Positions 1-12,112 of a stretch of DNA of 64,000 nucleotides are shown piece by piece. How positions within the stretch are numbered: the first letter of the stretch is position 1; every line of letters starts with the position of its first letter. The position numbers and the translations under genes are program-made. The stretch spans positions 38,440,001-38,504,000 of the forward strand of contig NC_042997.1 in the NCBI RefSeq assembly GCF_006345805.1, written 5' to 3'. Below the pieces are notes generated by a model, which ran no database searches, had not been told where the DNA came from, and saw only the letters and a program-made list of their open reading frames with translations. Origin of the DNA: Octopus sinensis (taxonomy: Eukaryota).

Positions 1-140
1 CGTTGCTCCAGTCCACCCAGCTGGCAAAAATTAGTAATGCTGCGATGGACTGGCGTCTCGTCCAGCTGGGGAACACATACGCCATTGAAACAGGGAAACC
101 GGGCCCATGAGCCTGGCTAGGCTTTAAAAAGGGCGCATTT
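1..140 (+). mobile_element. SINE 3' fragment (family D)
   Basis: Reverse complement of the SINE body at 25488-25630 (gcgcccttttaaagcctggc...gccagtccatcgcagc). Confidence 0.8.
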
Positions 141-701
141 AGTTATATCTTTTTTTAGTGTGTACTACTTCCAAGACTCTTCCCTTTGAATTGGACCACA
201 ACACATATTTTCTACAAACATATCACAAAATAAGAAAAACTCTGGTGATGTATACTGCGACAGCGTCGTCAAATCGCTTTCTTTATTGTTACCTCTTCTC
301 CCTCTGCCTCATTATTTAATTTAATAATTTTTCATTCTTCTTCTATCAACCTGAGTATCCATTACAGCGACCACGATGTCTGACAACTTACTGTATGAGA
401 TTTGCCCCGCAGTTAGATATTTTAACAAACGGTTAATTTGCATCCACAAGAGAAAACAGATTCTTGTATCTTGAGATATTACTTCAATACATAACCTCAT
501 TAGCTTCAATTTCTTGAAGTCTTCTTATCGACTTGACACGCCTTATCATTGGATAAAGCATGCGATACCGAATACAGACTGTGTAGGTTGGCTCGTTTAC
601 AATAGCTTATTAGAGGGCTTTTACGTCATCAATAACATTTCCTATAAATTTATAGTGTAGAGAATTTCGCCTCCATCTTTAACCCTAACCTTTAACCCCC
701 C

Positions 702-740
<39 letters not shown>

Positions 741-1142
741 CAATTATATATACATATATATGTATGTATGTATTTATAAGCATGATGACTGCAACACGAT
801 TTCGAGTAATGCAATCGCTTGACTGTTCTTTTAAACATGAGCACCACAGATGTGGCCATGATTGGTTGCCATTAGAAACAGGTGTTCAGTGAGCTTACCA
901 TCCATGCTGACAAATGTTTCAATTCCATCATTCCATATTGGAATTTTTCATTGTGTGTTTTGCCTTTTTCAGCAATGACTAGTCACAGTATGCAAGTCAT
1001 TATAGAGATGTTAAATGTGATATTAAAAATCAAGCGATGTTCGTGACCGAAGTTTTTTAGATCGGGGAAAGGCCTTACAAAATGCCAATCCAACTCTCTG
1101 AAAAACGTAAGCATATGCACAAAAAGAAAAATTAGTCTACAT

Positions 1143-1311
1143 CAGTGGTTTTCAACCAGGGTTCCGCAAAACTGCTAAAATCGGCAGTAATTTTTAATTC
1201 TCCTGTGCAGATATGTGTTCATAAGACTATTAAATTATTGCACAGGGGTTCCTCGAGCCAGTGGAATGTTTCCTTGGGGTTCCGCTCCAGCAAAACGTTT
1301 GAAAAGCACTG
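1143..1311. mobile_element. hAT (Charlie-like) MITE
   Basis: TIRs CAGTGGTTTTCAA / TTGAAAAGCACTG; perfect 8-bp TSD GTCTACAT at 1135-1142 and 1312-1319. Confidence 0.9.
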
Positions 1312-1509
1312 GTCTACATCTTTGGATGCAAACTGTCGCAGATTTTACATCAGAGTGTCCTTTTTCCTAAAGAGATATATAAACAAAGACAAGGGATCTC
1401 TTAATCTCAATTGATAATGGCTGCTAGGTGTCCAACGAAAATCACCTTCTTTACCAAGAAAGTTTGGTAAGTTGACGATTTAGTCATGGACGGCCCAGTG
1501 TGTATATAT

Positions 1510-2077
1510 GTATGTGGTAAGAAGCTTGCTTCCCAACCACATAGGGCGAGTGTCCTCTATTGTAGCCTCGAGCTGACCAAAGCCTTGTGACTTGATTTGG
1601 TAGACGGAAATTGAAAGAAGACCGTCATGTGTGTGTGTGTATAGGGTTGACCCAAAGTCACCTGACAGTAAATCAAAACCATTTAATTCCAAGATTAAAA
1701 CAAAAACTTATTTTATATGGGACTTCGCTAATAAATAGACAAATGTTGAAGAAAAAAGGCGATTTTAACTCATATCATTCAATTATTAATAAAATTGAAT
1801 ATTAGGTATTTATGAATTCTGACTTACTGTCGTGTGACATTTGGCCACCCCAATATATGTATTTGTGTGTTTGTATCTGTTTGCCCCATCCCCATCGCTT
1901 GACAACCAATGTTAATGTATTTATGTCTCTGTAACTTAGCGGTTCGGCAAAATACCCGATAAAATAAGTACTAGGCTTACAAATAATAAGCCCAGAGGTC
2001 GATTTCTTCAACTAAAAGGTGTTGCTCCAGGATGGCCACCGTCAAAATGACTGAAGCAAGTAAAAGAATAAAAGAAT
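1510..2077 (+). mobile_element. tRNA-derived SINE family B, interrupted by a MITE
   Basis: Similar to copies at 15943-16335 and 36485-36868; ends in an aaagaata repeat. Confidence 0.8.
1644..1851. mobile_element. Tc1/mariner-type MITE inside SINE B
   Basis: Imperfect TIRs GGGTTGACCCAAAGTCACCTGACAGTAA versus revcomp GGGTGGCCAAATGTCACACGACAGTAA; TA-rich flanks. Confidence 0.65.
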
Positions 2078-2090
2078 ATATATATATATA

Positions 2091-2298
2091 ACGGGAAGCT
2101 TTATGAAAATAAACAAAAGACGAAGGCAGGTGGAGTACAAACAAACAATTGTATTAGTATGACGCTCAGGAATATAAATAAAACAAGTCTTTTACGTTTC
2201 GAGCCTACGCTCTTCAACAGAAAGATACACAGAAAAGAAACACGGAGAGAAACAAGGAGAGAAAAAAAATGCGTGCAGAAGCTAGCGATTCAACATGG

Positions 2299-2300
<2 letters not shown>
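2091..2300 (-). mobile_element. ~200-bp element with a minimal type I hammerhead motif (core 2189-2224)
   Basis: Minus-strand RNA CUUU-CUGUUGA-A-GAGC/GUAG/GCUC-GAAACGU-A-AAAG; related copy at 20222-20430; (TA)n on both sides. Confidence 0.65.
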
Positions 2301-2349
<49 letters not shown>

Positions 2350-2574
2350 ATACATATATATATAACAGTATTTTAAAAAATTCTTAATAGCATTCTGTTT
2401 GTCATTTATGCAGTCATCAAAATCGTTATAATGTCTTGCTGAGATAGCTTCTCTTTCTTTCTTGATGAGAAGATTACTGTTTATTCCTTTGGAATAAAAT
2501 CAATGTTGTCTTCGAAACATATGTCGAAAGTAAAAAATTTGAATAACACCTGCGTTCAACTCCATTTATTTACT

Positions 2575-2607
<33 letters not shown>

Positions 2608-2765
2608 CATATGCTTGTATGTATGTGTGTGTATATGTATATGTATATATATATATGTATATGCGTATATATGTGTGTGTATATGTGTATATACATGATA
2701 GAAATATTATTATTTCTAAATCTCTCAAAGAGAGGTATTCAATAAAAAGTTCTTTAAAGTAAAAG

Positions 2766-3048
2766 CTATTTGCCAACATAAGGTAGCTGTCCTGTAAGGG
2801 ACGACTGCTACTGTTGTTTAGCCTCAGGAAACTTCATTTCCAGGTGGATATACGACACAATATCGGTGTCCTTGTATTTTCGAACAGGGCGTTAAGTACT
2901 CCCATCCAGCACAAAACAACAACTGCTGTGGACCTGTTTCCGAGTTATTGCTCTTTATCCAGCCAGCTGGAAACGATGTTTCCTGGGGCTAAACAACAGT
3001 AGGCATCGTCCCTTAGAGGACTGCCGCATTATGTTGGCAAACAGCCTT
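2766..3048. repeat. Imperfect inverted repeat, ~85-bp arms with ~105-bp spacer
   Basis: 2766-2850 is roughly 80% identical (by eye) to the revcomp of 2956-3048. Confidence 0.75.
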
Positions 3049-3141
3049 TATATATATATGTGCGTGTGTGTGTGTGAGAAAGACATAGAGAGAGAGAGAG
3101 AGACTATGTGTGTGTGCGTGTACGTGTACGTATGTATATAT

Positions 3142-3191
<50 letters not shown>

Positions 3192-3195
3192 CATA

Positions 3196-3322
3196 GTGGT
3201 TAGTGAGTTGCACTCATGATCGTAAGATTGTGGTTTCGATTCCTGCACCGGGCGACGCGTTGTGTTCTTAAGCAAACACTTTATTTCACGTTGCTCCAGT
3301 CCACTCCGCTGGCAAAAATGAT
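3196..3322 (+). mobile_element. SINE head (family D)
   Basis: A/B-box-like GTGGTTAG...GGTTTCGATTCC followed by the body seen at 1-30 and 25600-25730. Confidence 0.7.
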
Positions 3323-3516
3323 TAATCTTACAATAACCTGGCATTCTATCGGGGCAGGGGTGGTATATACACCACAGAATTCGGGAAATCTTTCTTATGA
3401 ACCTATGGCTTGGGCAAGACCTTTGACTTTTTCATGTACACACGCACACACACACACGTATATATATATATATATATAATATATATATATATATATGTAT
3501 ATACATGCTTACATAT

Positions 3517-3551
<35 letters not shown>

Positions 3552-3672
3552 GGCCTGCTCGCTTAGCCAGCGGTGTGGCATCATTTAAGGCTAAAACAAA
3601 GCGAAGCGCATTGTGACCAGCGATTTATAGCAACATATGATAGCCTGGTCAGTTCTGGTGATCACGGTGAGA
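3552..3672 (+). mobile_element. SINE 3' tail of RTE type
   Basis: TGTGACCAGCGAT...CTGGTCAG...GGTGATCACGGTGA resembles the RTE 3' end at 37965-38026. Confidence 0.7.
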
Positions 3673-4256
3673 TATATATATATATATATATATATTTGTG
3701 TGTGAATGTGTGTGTTATGTGGCTTGCATGTTTAGAAAAGTCCCTTTTTTCTATGCTTATATCCATTATAAGTAATATGGAAATTTCTAATTAATATATT
3801 GATAAGTTGTGCCCTATCTACTGAACAATTTATAAAAGACACTACGGATTTTATTCGCCCCAAAGAGTGTTGTGCCTCTTAAAAAAGCTTCTATGAGGAG
3901 TAATTAGGCGAGGAGTGTTTAAGGAGAAAGAGGAGAATGTGTCAAAAGTTTGACTTAGAAATAAGAATGACTTCCGTGTAATATTAGATCATTCAAATAT
4001 TAACGCTAAAGTATTGGACTTAGTAGTGATGTGAGATATACAAGCATAGGTGTGTCTTTAATCTTTGCTACACATTGTGTATTGCCAGCTAAATTTAGAA
4101 ATAAAATTATATTGTTCATAAATTTAAGAAGCAGAATATTTCTTGTGAAGCTTAATGCAACCATAGAAAACACGAATGGAAATATATTTCGAATAACAGA
4201 AGTTTGGAGATAGGTTAGATAACTACGTTTCTTAACAGGTTTTCTTCTAAATTCTA

Positions 4257-4294
<38 letters not shown>

Positions 4295-4299
4295 GGAAT

Positions 4300-4510
4300 A
4301 AGGTGGCAAGATGGCAGAATCGTTAGCACGACGGGTAAAATGCTTAGCGACATTTCTTGTGTCTTTATATTCTGAGTTCAAACTCCACCGAGGTCGACTT
4401 TACTTTTCGCACCTTTGGGGGTACGTTAAAATTAGCATCAGTTGAACAGTAGAGTCGATGTAACCGGCTTAATCTACTCTTTCGAAATTGCTGGCCTTCT
4501 GCCAAAATAT
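4300..4510 (+). mobile_element. SINE family A' (alternative tail), diverged
   Basis: tRNA-like head TGGCAGAATCGTTAG...GAGTTCAAACTCC, central GAGGTCGACTTT domain, tail GAAATTGCTGGCC...GCCAAAAT. Confidence 0.75.
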
Positions 4511-5949
4511 GTGTGTGTGGTGTGTGTGTGTGTGTGTGTGTCTGTGTCTGTGTGTGTGTGTGTGTATTTGCCATTAATATCTTTCTTTCAGCGCAAAAGT
4601 TTAGATATTATAAAGGGAAATCTGCAGCAATCTACATAATATCGATAATACTTTTCTTGTAGACAGTTATATCACAGAAGACTAGTTTAAATATCGAATC
4701 CCATTGAAAGTTATCTGGGTTTCTATTCTCTAATTACAATGCTAACCGTTAAAAAGGATTAAAGAATTTCCTCGCAGCTACGATCATTATATTACTAGCA
4801 CAATAATCATGAAATGGGTGGCAAATTGCGGTGCAATTGGCACGTACATGTGGTTGACCGTTGATTTTTGATATCTATAACTTCGATTGATTTTGTTCGA
4901 ATGAACTTGTATAATGTCAGAGTGCAAGTAATGAAAGACAATTTCCATCTCAACGGTGTAAAATAAATCAGTTGTGTATTGAACTTTGATATCTTTCATA
5001 ACAAATAACCAGTGGCGATAGTAGTTCAATCATTATGGAAAATTATTTCGAAGTATCAGTACATCCTCTTCAGAACTTATTTTATCTGTTGGATAAGAGA
5101 TAATTTCTGAAAGTGTCAATAATATGCCTTTGGGCGATTATCTGGCCTTCTCAAAGCAATTTACTTTTATAAATCTTACTACAATATTTAGAAACATTAT
5201 TCAACCATTTGAGAGAAGGGGAACTTGCATAAATGAAGCGCATTAATACAGAGTAGCGTAGGGTGGCGTGTGTGGAGATTACACAGGGTGGTCAGTTTGG
5301 ATGAAAGAGAGAGAGAGAGAGCAATGTGGTTGTCACACTGGGCGACCAAAACCCACGATACACCACTTCCAATATATAGCTGTAAAAATGTGAAAGAATA
5401 CGATGTTTACTACTGTAGCGAGAAAATTCGAAATAATATTTATCACGTATAAATGTCACTGTGATATTACATCTATTAATATTTAAAGTCGATATAAAAT
5501 ATCTACGGATTGTAAATATACTGCGATAAGTCTATCTCTTTGAATGCTCACAAGATTCTAGAATGTGAATTCTGTTTAGTTCATGTTGTCTAATTCAATC
5601 AATACATTCAAACTGCACCTGTTATTCTGTGATCTCTGCTCTTGGAGAATCAATAGTGTAAGAGTGTCGTTGCGTGTGAATAATGCTAGTTACGATTCTT
5701 TGATGATAATTAAACTTTCTTTTCTGTTATGTTTTCTTCATACTACCGCCTAGCATTTCTGGGTATGATCATTTTAATTACTATCGAAATTGGTATTATT
5801 CATCTAGTTTATTCATTAGAAAGTTTTCAGAACGTTGTTCGGTATTTCACACATCTCAGTTCAAATGTTGACTGGGTAAACCTTGACTTCCTTTCAGACA
5901 CTTAATAATATCTGATGGTGCGTAACAATGCACAAATATATATGTTCTA

Positions 5950-6178
5950 TTTCTTTACTACCCACAAGGGGCTAAACACAGAGAGGACAAACAAGGACAG
6001 ACACACGGATTAAGTCGATTATATCGACCCCAGTGCGTAACTGGTACTTATTTAAGCGACCCCGAAAGGATGAAAGGCAAAGTCAACCTCGGCAGAATTT
6101 GAACTCAGAACGTAACGGCAGACGAAATACGGCTACGCATTTCGCCCGGCGTGCTAACGTTTCTGCCAGCTCGCCGCC
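5950..6178 (-). mobile_element. Full-length SINE family A monomer
   Basis: A/B boxes, central GCCTTTCATCCTTTCGGGGTCG domain; 16-bp TSD AAATATATATGTTCTA at 5934-5949 and 6179-6194. Confidence 0.92.
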
Positions 6179-6340
6179 AAATATATATGTTCTACGGCCT
6201 GATGACGTTATACATAGTCTCATGCTATGTTCTCACATATATTTTCTTCGAGAAGAATTTTCTCTTAACACTATTCCGTTAGTGAGATATGGTACCACGC
6301 CCGAGTGTACGCAAGTAAGATATGAATGTACACACCTATA

Positions 6341-6737
6341 TCTTTATATATAAAAGTGAAGTTGTGTGTCTGTCTCCTACGATTTAGATTCCTAACTACT
6401 CCCACATTTTGCGGTGCAGTGTAACCAAAACCGGGTATCTTATAGTCGTGATTCATATCGAGCCCTTCTGGGTATTAGCGCGCGTCTACGATGAGTCTAC
6501 GATTTAAAAAAAAAATTACCATAATTTTTTCCATTTTAATGCATTTTTTCGCTATTATATAAGGGAAGTAACTCTCTAAAAATGTCTACGATGAGTCAAC
6601 GATTTAAAAAAAAATTTACCATCATTTTTTTCCCATTTTTAATGCATTTTTTTGCTATTTTTTTGCTATAACTCTCTAAAAATGCTTATATAGTTATTTC
6701 CCTTACAAACCCGAGCAACGCCGGGCGATACTGCTAG
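6341..6737 (+). mobile_element. Non-autonomous Helitron
   Basis: 5' TC, 3' CTAG, inserted at A|T without TSD; subterminal hairpin CCCG-AGCAACGC-CGGG; internal ~100-bp tandem duplication. Confidence 0.88.
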
Positions 6738-7657
6738 TTTCATATATAGTTGCTTCATGTCCATCAAGTTTCTTAATTCCAGCTTGGTCAAGCTTTACGC
6801 AACAAACATATCCTTTGCTGTTTTAATTTATGAAAACGACTGTTTTTAGAAGCCACTCAACGACTTATTTGGTGTTTATAGCCGATGAAGCTTAACGTCA
6901 CAGAAGCACATGCACGTGACGGCCAATGGCATCATTCATAGCCCAGTGGGGTGTTTTTACATTTTGTCTGTCAGAGTGCATTTTCCCGAGACTATTCCAC
7001 ATTTGAGTGTACACTAACGTGTTAGATGTTATTGTACACACATATATTTCGTGCAAGATTGCTTCCTATGCGTATCATTAATATAGTTATTATCAATATT
7101 ACTTTAAATATTATTGCAATAAGAAGGAAATGTTCTGACACTGGGTTAAATGCCTGTACTACTTACTTAATTACATTCCAAGTTCAACCTCTCTCCGGAT
7201 CAGTTTTGCTATTCATCCCTACTCGAGTACCAGACTTGTAGCGTAGCTGATTCCGTTATATATAAAATCAAACCCGTCCCATGAACAAAGTGTGTCTTGT
7301 GACCATATACGAACCTAATCTTCCTGACATTTCAGTATACAGTGAAAAGTTTCAGTTATAGCAGGATGTTGAACCATCAAGATGACAATCACCCGTATTT
7401 AAAGAATTTTTTACCCTATTTATTCTTCACTTCATCTGCTACGAGATGAGGGATATTAACACACATCTCCAGGGCTGAGCGGCCGATAATTATTCGTTAT
7501 TTAGATTTACATTATGGTGATGGTTTTGCAATGAAGCATGAGCTCAGCTTTGATTGAGCAATGGCAATTAAGTAGCCGTAATTATATTAAGAAGAAGAAG
7601 AAGAAGAAGAAGAAGAATTAAATAATAGGTTACATTAATATGTCAGTATATATGGTA

Positions 7658-7811
7658 AAAGACTTTCCACCGAGGTCGACTTTGCCTTTCATCCTTTTGG
7701 GGTAGATAAATAAAGTAGCAGTTTCGCACTGGGATCGATGTAATCGACTTAATCCCTTTGTCTTTCCTTGTTTGTCCCCTCTATGTTTAGCCCCTTGTGG
7801 GTAGTAAAGAA
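7658..7811 (+). mobile_element. 5'-truncated SINE family A
   Basis: Central domain plus tail; direct repeat ATATATGGTA on both sides. Confidence 0.8.
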
Positions 7812-8440
7812 ATATATGGTACAAGGCTTTTTAGAAAGTTGATTAGTGATATATGCTTATGAGAAATATTATCCGTTGTAGATAAGTGTGTGTGTGTATT
7901 TTTACATACATTCCTTTAAATTATTTCGCAAGCAAGAGATACCTCTGGATATGTTTGGGTATATTACAATGTCATCAACAAAGCATTGATTCATAAATTG
8001 TGATTCTATTTATTGCATTGTTGTACAGAATAAATCATTATTTTCTTTAGCTTTTTTTATGACAGAATACCCAAAAGGTGATTAACTACAAAGATAAAAT
8101 AGGTTCTAGACGAGTTGATCTCACTCACGGTTTCGATTTTTGTAGATAACCTTTTCATTTCACCCCTGTCGCTTGCAGAAAAATAAAATGAACTTCAAAC
8201 AAAACTCAGTTATCTCGTCTAAAATTATATATGGGGATGGGTAGTAGATTTAACCCCTTTGTTACCTTTATTTCTGCTGAAATGCACAGCCTTGCTCCAA
8301 TTAATTCTAAAAAAATAATGACGAATTTTGTTAAATAATTTTGTCATCATTAAGCTGGTATTTTGCAGCAGGAATTTAAAGAAATTGTGGTGGAATATTT
8401 TCATTTAGACCTCTTAAAATAGGAACTTGTATTCTATCTT

Positions 8441-8645
8441 TTTTACTTTTTTAATTGTTTCAGTCATTTGACTGCGGCCATGCTGGAGCACCGCCTTTAG
8501 TCGAGTAAATCGACCCCAGGACTTATTCTTTGTAAGCCTGGTACTTATTCTATCGGTCTCTTTTGTCGAACCGCTAAGTTACGGGGACGTAAACACATCA
8601 GCATCGGTTGTCAAGCGATGTTGGGGTGACAAACACAGAAACACT

Positions 8646-8689
<44 letters not shown>

Positions 8690-8871
8690 ATATATATACG
8701 ACGGTCTTCTATCAGTTTCCGTCTACCAAATCTACTCACAAGGCTTTGGTCGGCTCGAGGCTATAGTAGAAGACACTTGCCCAAGGTGCCACGCAGTGTG
8801 ACTGAACCCGGAACCATGTGGTTTGTAAGCAAGCTACTTACCACACAGCCACTCCTGCGCCTGCTAGTTTC
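8441..8871 (-). mobile_element. Full-length SINE family B
   Basis: Head GGCGCAGGAGTGGCTGTGTGGTAAG...GGGTTCAG; near-identical to 36485-36868. Confidence 0.9.
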
Positions 8872-8974
8872 GGGTGGGTTGGAACCAAAGATTTGTTGGG
8901 AACAATTATAGTGTAGCACTGCATGACGTCATTTTATATTTTGAGTATAAATTAAGGTAGCGATCTGGCAGAAA

Positions 8975-9175
8975 CGTTAGCATGCCGGGCGAAATGCTTA
9001 TCAGTATTTCGTCCGTCTTTACGCTCTGAGTTCAAACTCTTCTGAGGTCGGCTTTGCTTTTTATCCTGTCCTGATCAATAAAATAAGTACCATTTGAACA
9101 CTGGGGTCAAAGTAATCACATTCTAAAATCTTATCATTTCCCTCGAACTTGCTGGTCTTGTGCTCAAATTTGAAA
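8975..9175 (+). mobile_element. SINE family A'
   Basis: Same head and central domain as family A, alternative tail. Confidence 0.75.
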
Positions 9176-9236
9176 TGTATGTTTTGAGTGTAAATATTTA
9201 CCAGGTCAGCCTTGTTCATCAAATTTTCACCATCAA

Positions 9237-9477
9237 GTACATTATTTACACTTGACGGATATTTGTCCTCATCTTGTTTGTTGTTAACACAACGTTTCGG
9301 CTGGTATACTCTACAACTTTCATCAGGTGTCTTCGGGAAATTTCGAACCTGGGTTCTCATTCTTAAGGTTGTTTTGTTATTATTATTATTATTATTATTA
9401 TTCAGGTCACTGCCTGGAATCGAACTCGGAATCTTGGGGTTAGTAGCTCGCGCTCTTAACCACTACGCCATATGCCC
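9237..9477 (-). mobile_element. tRNA-headed SINE-like element carrying a minimal hammerhead (9287-9330)
   Basis: A box TGGCGTAGTGG, B box GAGTTCGATTCC, (TAA)n, then ACAC-CUGAUGA-...-GAAACGU-U-GUGU; inverted partial copy at 9478-9625. Confidence 0.7.
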
Positions 9478-9899
9478 CCGAGTTCGATTCCAGGCAGTGA
9501 CCTGAATAATAATAGTAATAATAATAATAACAACAACAACAACAACAACAAAATATATATCCGTCAATTGTAAATAATGTAAATAATGTGCATAATTCTT
9601 CATCTCTTAAATATAGAACTGTATTCATCGTCAAGCATAATCAATTTCACGGTGGTACTTCTGCATAGTACAAGTCCAATTACTAAAATCCACCAAGGAC
9701 ATATTGAAAAAGAAATCAGTTAAGATATACGAATAGTCTTACTTTCAAATTAATATTTAAATTTGTCAAAGGGTACGTAAACATGTTTGTGTTCTACTAT
9801 GATCTACGTTCAAATCCCGAGCCGATCGACTTTCCGTTTGTTAAGTCAAAGTCGAGAAGTTAGTGTCATTTATGGGCTCCACTCTATAAATGTATGGTC

Positions 9900-10470
9900 T
9901 TTTCTAGCGTAGTTTCAGATGATCAGAAACGTTAGAAGAAAGAGCGGATCTGAAGGCCAGTTGTTGTTTACTGCTGAATGGATATTTCCTAGTCTTTTTG
10001 GTTAGTGCATTCTACGTCCTTTCTGGGCGAAACTACGGTGTTTTTCCAGATATATGAGCAATATTGTTGCGGATCGATATGTGTCCAAATATTGATTTAT
10101 TTTGACGAAAATATCCTAAATTCTGGAAGCAGTTTTCTTTGGGGAAATACTATCAGGGATTCTGTTGCATGGCATTTCTTTTAGCATAGTGAAGACCTTT
10201 AGTTGTGCTCTTTGTGATGAGTACAGACATGTAGTGTAGCATGATTATTTTGCAGACAAGTGTACTAATAATATTTTTGGCTTTGATGAATGCATCTAAA
10301 TTGACATGTCACCTTTGGAAGAAGTTTGTGAGGTCTTTTTCACATAGTAACTGAAAATCTACCGCGCTGTGTGTGAATTGGTTCTAGAATAACGCAATTT
10401 GTTCAAGGTCCAGAAAGGTATCATCTTTGTGGTAGGAGTGAGGTTTTACTAAACTGAATGTCATAAATCT
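9900..10470 (-). mobile_element. Possible decayed Penelope-like RT C-terminal remnant
   Basis: Interrupted translation containing KDDTFLDLEQI and NIISTLVCKII, weakly resembling Penelope RT C-termini. Confidence 0.3.
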
Positions 10471-10484
10471 CTATTATTAGCCGG

Positions 10485-11110
10485 CACTCCGTCGGTTACT
10501 ATTCGAGTTGACCCTATCAACGGAACAGCCTCCTCCTGAAATTAACGTGCAAGTGGTTGAACGCTTCATAGATACATGTACCTTTAATGTAGTCCTCAGA
10601 GAGATTCAGCGTAACACAGAGTGTAACAAGCCAGGCCCTTTGATATACAGGTGCTACTCATGTTTTGCCAGCTAAATGGACTGGAGTATTTATTTATTTA
10701 TGCGCCCTTTATAAGCCTAGCCAGGCTCCTGGGCCCGGTTTCCCGGTTTCTGTGGCGTATGTGTTCCCTCCCAGCTGGACGGCACGCCAGTCCATCGCAG
10801 CGTTACTCAAGAAACAGGAAAAAGAGTGAGAGAAAGTTAGCGTGAAAGAGTACAACAGGGGTCGCCACCACCCTCTGCCGGAGCCTCGTGGAGCTTTAGG
10901 TGTTTTCGCTCAATAGACATACACAACGCCCAATCTAGTAATCGAAACCGCGATCCGCCGACCGCGAGTCCGCTGCCCTAACCACTGGGCCATTGCGGCC
11001 CCACAAATGGACTGGAGCAACGTGAAATAAAGTGTTTTTGCTCAAGGGCACAATGCATCACCGAGAAATGAACTCACGACCTTTCGATCGTAAACCGAAT
11101 ACCCTAACCA
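10485..11110 (-). mobile_element. Nested SINEs: younger chimeric SINE (10687-11004) inside an older SINE
   Basis: 13-bp TSD AAATGGACTGGAG at 10674-10686 and 11005-11017. Confidence 0.85.
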
Positions 11111-11691
11111 CGCGTCTTGTCTAATGTCTAATATTATTAGACAGTGAAAAACATAAGTTACCGCGTATTTAAAACAAAATGTGTCAGGAAAAAACCGTTC
11201 CAAGGGATAAGAGTTGAGTAGAAGATGTAGACTCGGTGGAATATTATACCAAACCTCGTTGATAGCTTTGTTCTTCTGCTGCTGGAGTTGTTGCTGCTTA
11301 CCCCAAGTCATTCCTAATCCAGAAGTATGGCACTTATGAAACTCAGCCAAAAAACGAGGTGAGATCCACAAAGCCGTTGTTTAACGAAGACTTTATTGAC
11401 ATCAGGACAACAATACTGTTTCCGTTATGTTCCTAAGAGCTATAGATGAGAGTTTGATGACGTAATAGACCAAGTCACTGCTATATCTAATTCTGTGGAA
11501 ACTGTACTGATAGTTACGGAGTAGATAAGTACAATTCTGTTGACTTGTTATCAAACTTCATCAATTCTCGTTGTTTATGTTCTCTTGTTCGATTTTCCGT
11601 TGGTCTATTTTTTAGGTGAATATTTATTTCAAAACTAGTATAGACCTCTCACATCTTTGCAGCATATAGTTAAGTATACATGGAATTAAAG

Positions 11692-12112
11692 GCGGCGAGC
11701 TGGCAGAAACGTTAGTACGCCGGGCGAAATGCCTAGCGGTATTTCGTCTGTCGTTACGTTGTGAGTTCAAATTCCGCCGAGGTCGACTTTGCCTTTCATC
11801 CTTTCGGGGTCGATAAATTAAGTACCAGTTACGCACTGGGGTCGATGTAATCGACTTAATACCTATGTCTGTCCTTGTTTGTTCTCTCTGCGTTTAGCCC
11901 CTTGTGGGTAATAAAGAAATAGAAATAGGTATTTCGTCTGTCTTTACGTTCTGAGTTCAAATTCCGCCGAGGTCGACTTTGCCTTTCATCATTTCGGGGT
12001 CGATAAATTAAGTACCAGTTACGCACTGGGGTCGATATAATCGACTTAATCCGTTTATCTGTCCTTGTTTGTCCCCTCTATGTTTAGCCTCTTGTGGGCA
12101 ATAAAGAAATAA
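11692..12112 (+). mobile_element. SINE family A dimer
   Basis: Full unit plus head-less unit joined at AATAG|GTATTTCGTC; TSD GGAATTAAAG at 11682-11691 and 12113-12122. Confidence 0.9.

Noticed and set aside
973-1106. Coding exon bounded by TTTTTCAG and GTAAGC
   Set aside because: All three frames contain stops; it could at most be a UTR exon or transposon remnant.
4006-4353. 115-aa ORF with poly-lysine
   Set aside because: It is produced by a ~30-nt T run plus a SINE head.
9410-9477. tRNA genes (this head and other SINE heads)
   Set aside because: Only A/B boxes are retained; there is no complete cloverleaf, and they run into repeat bodies.
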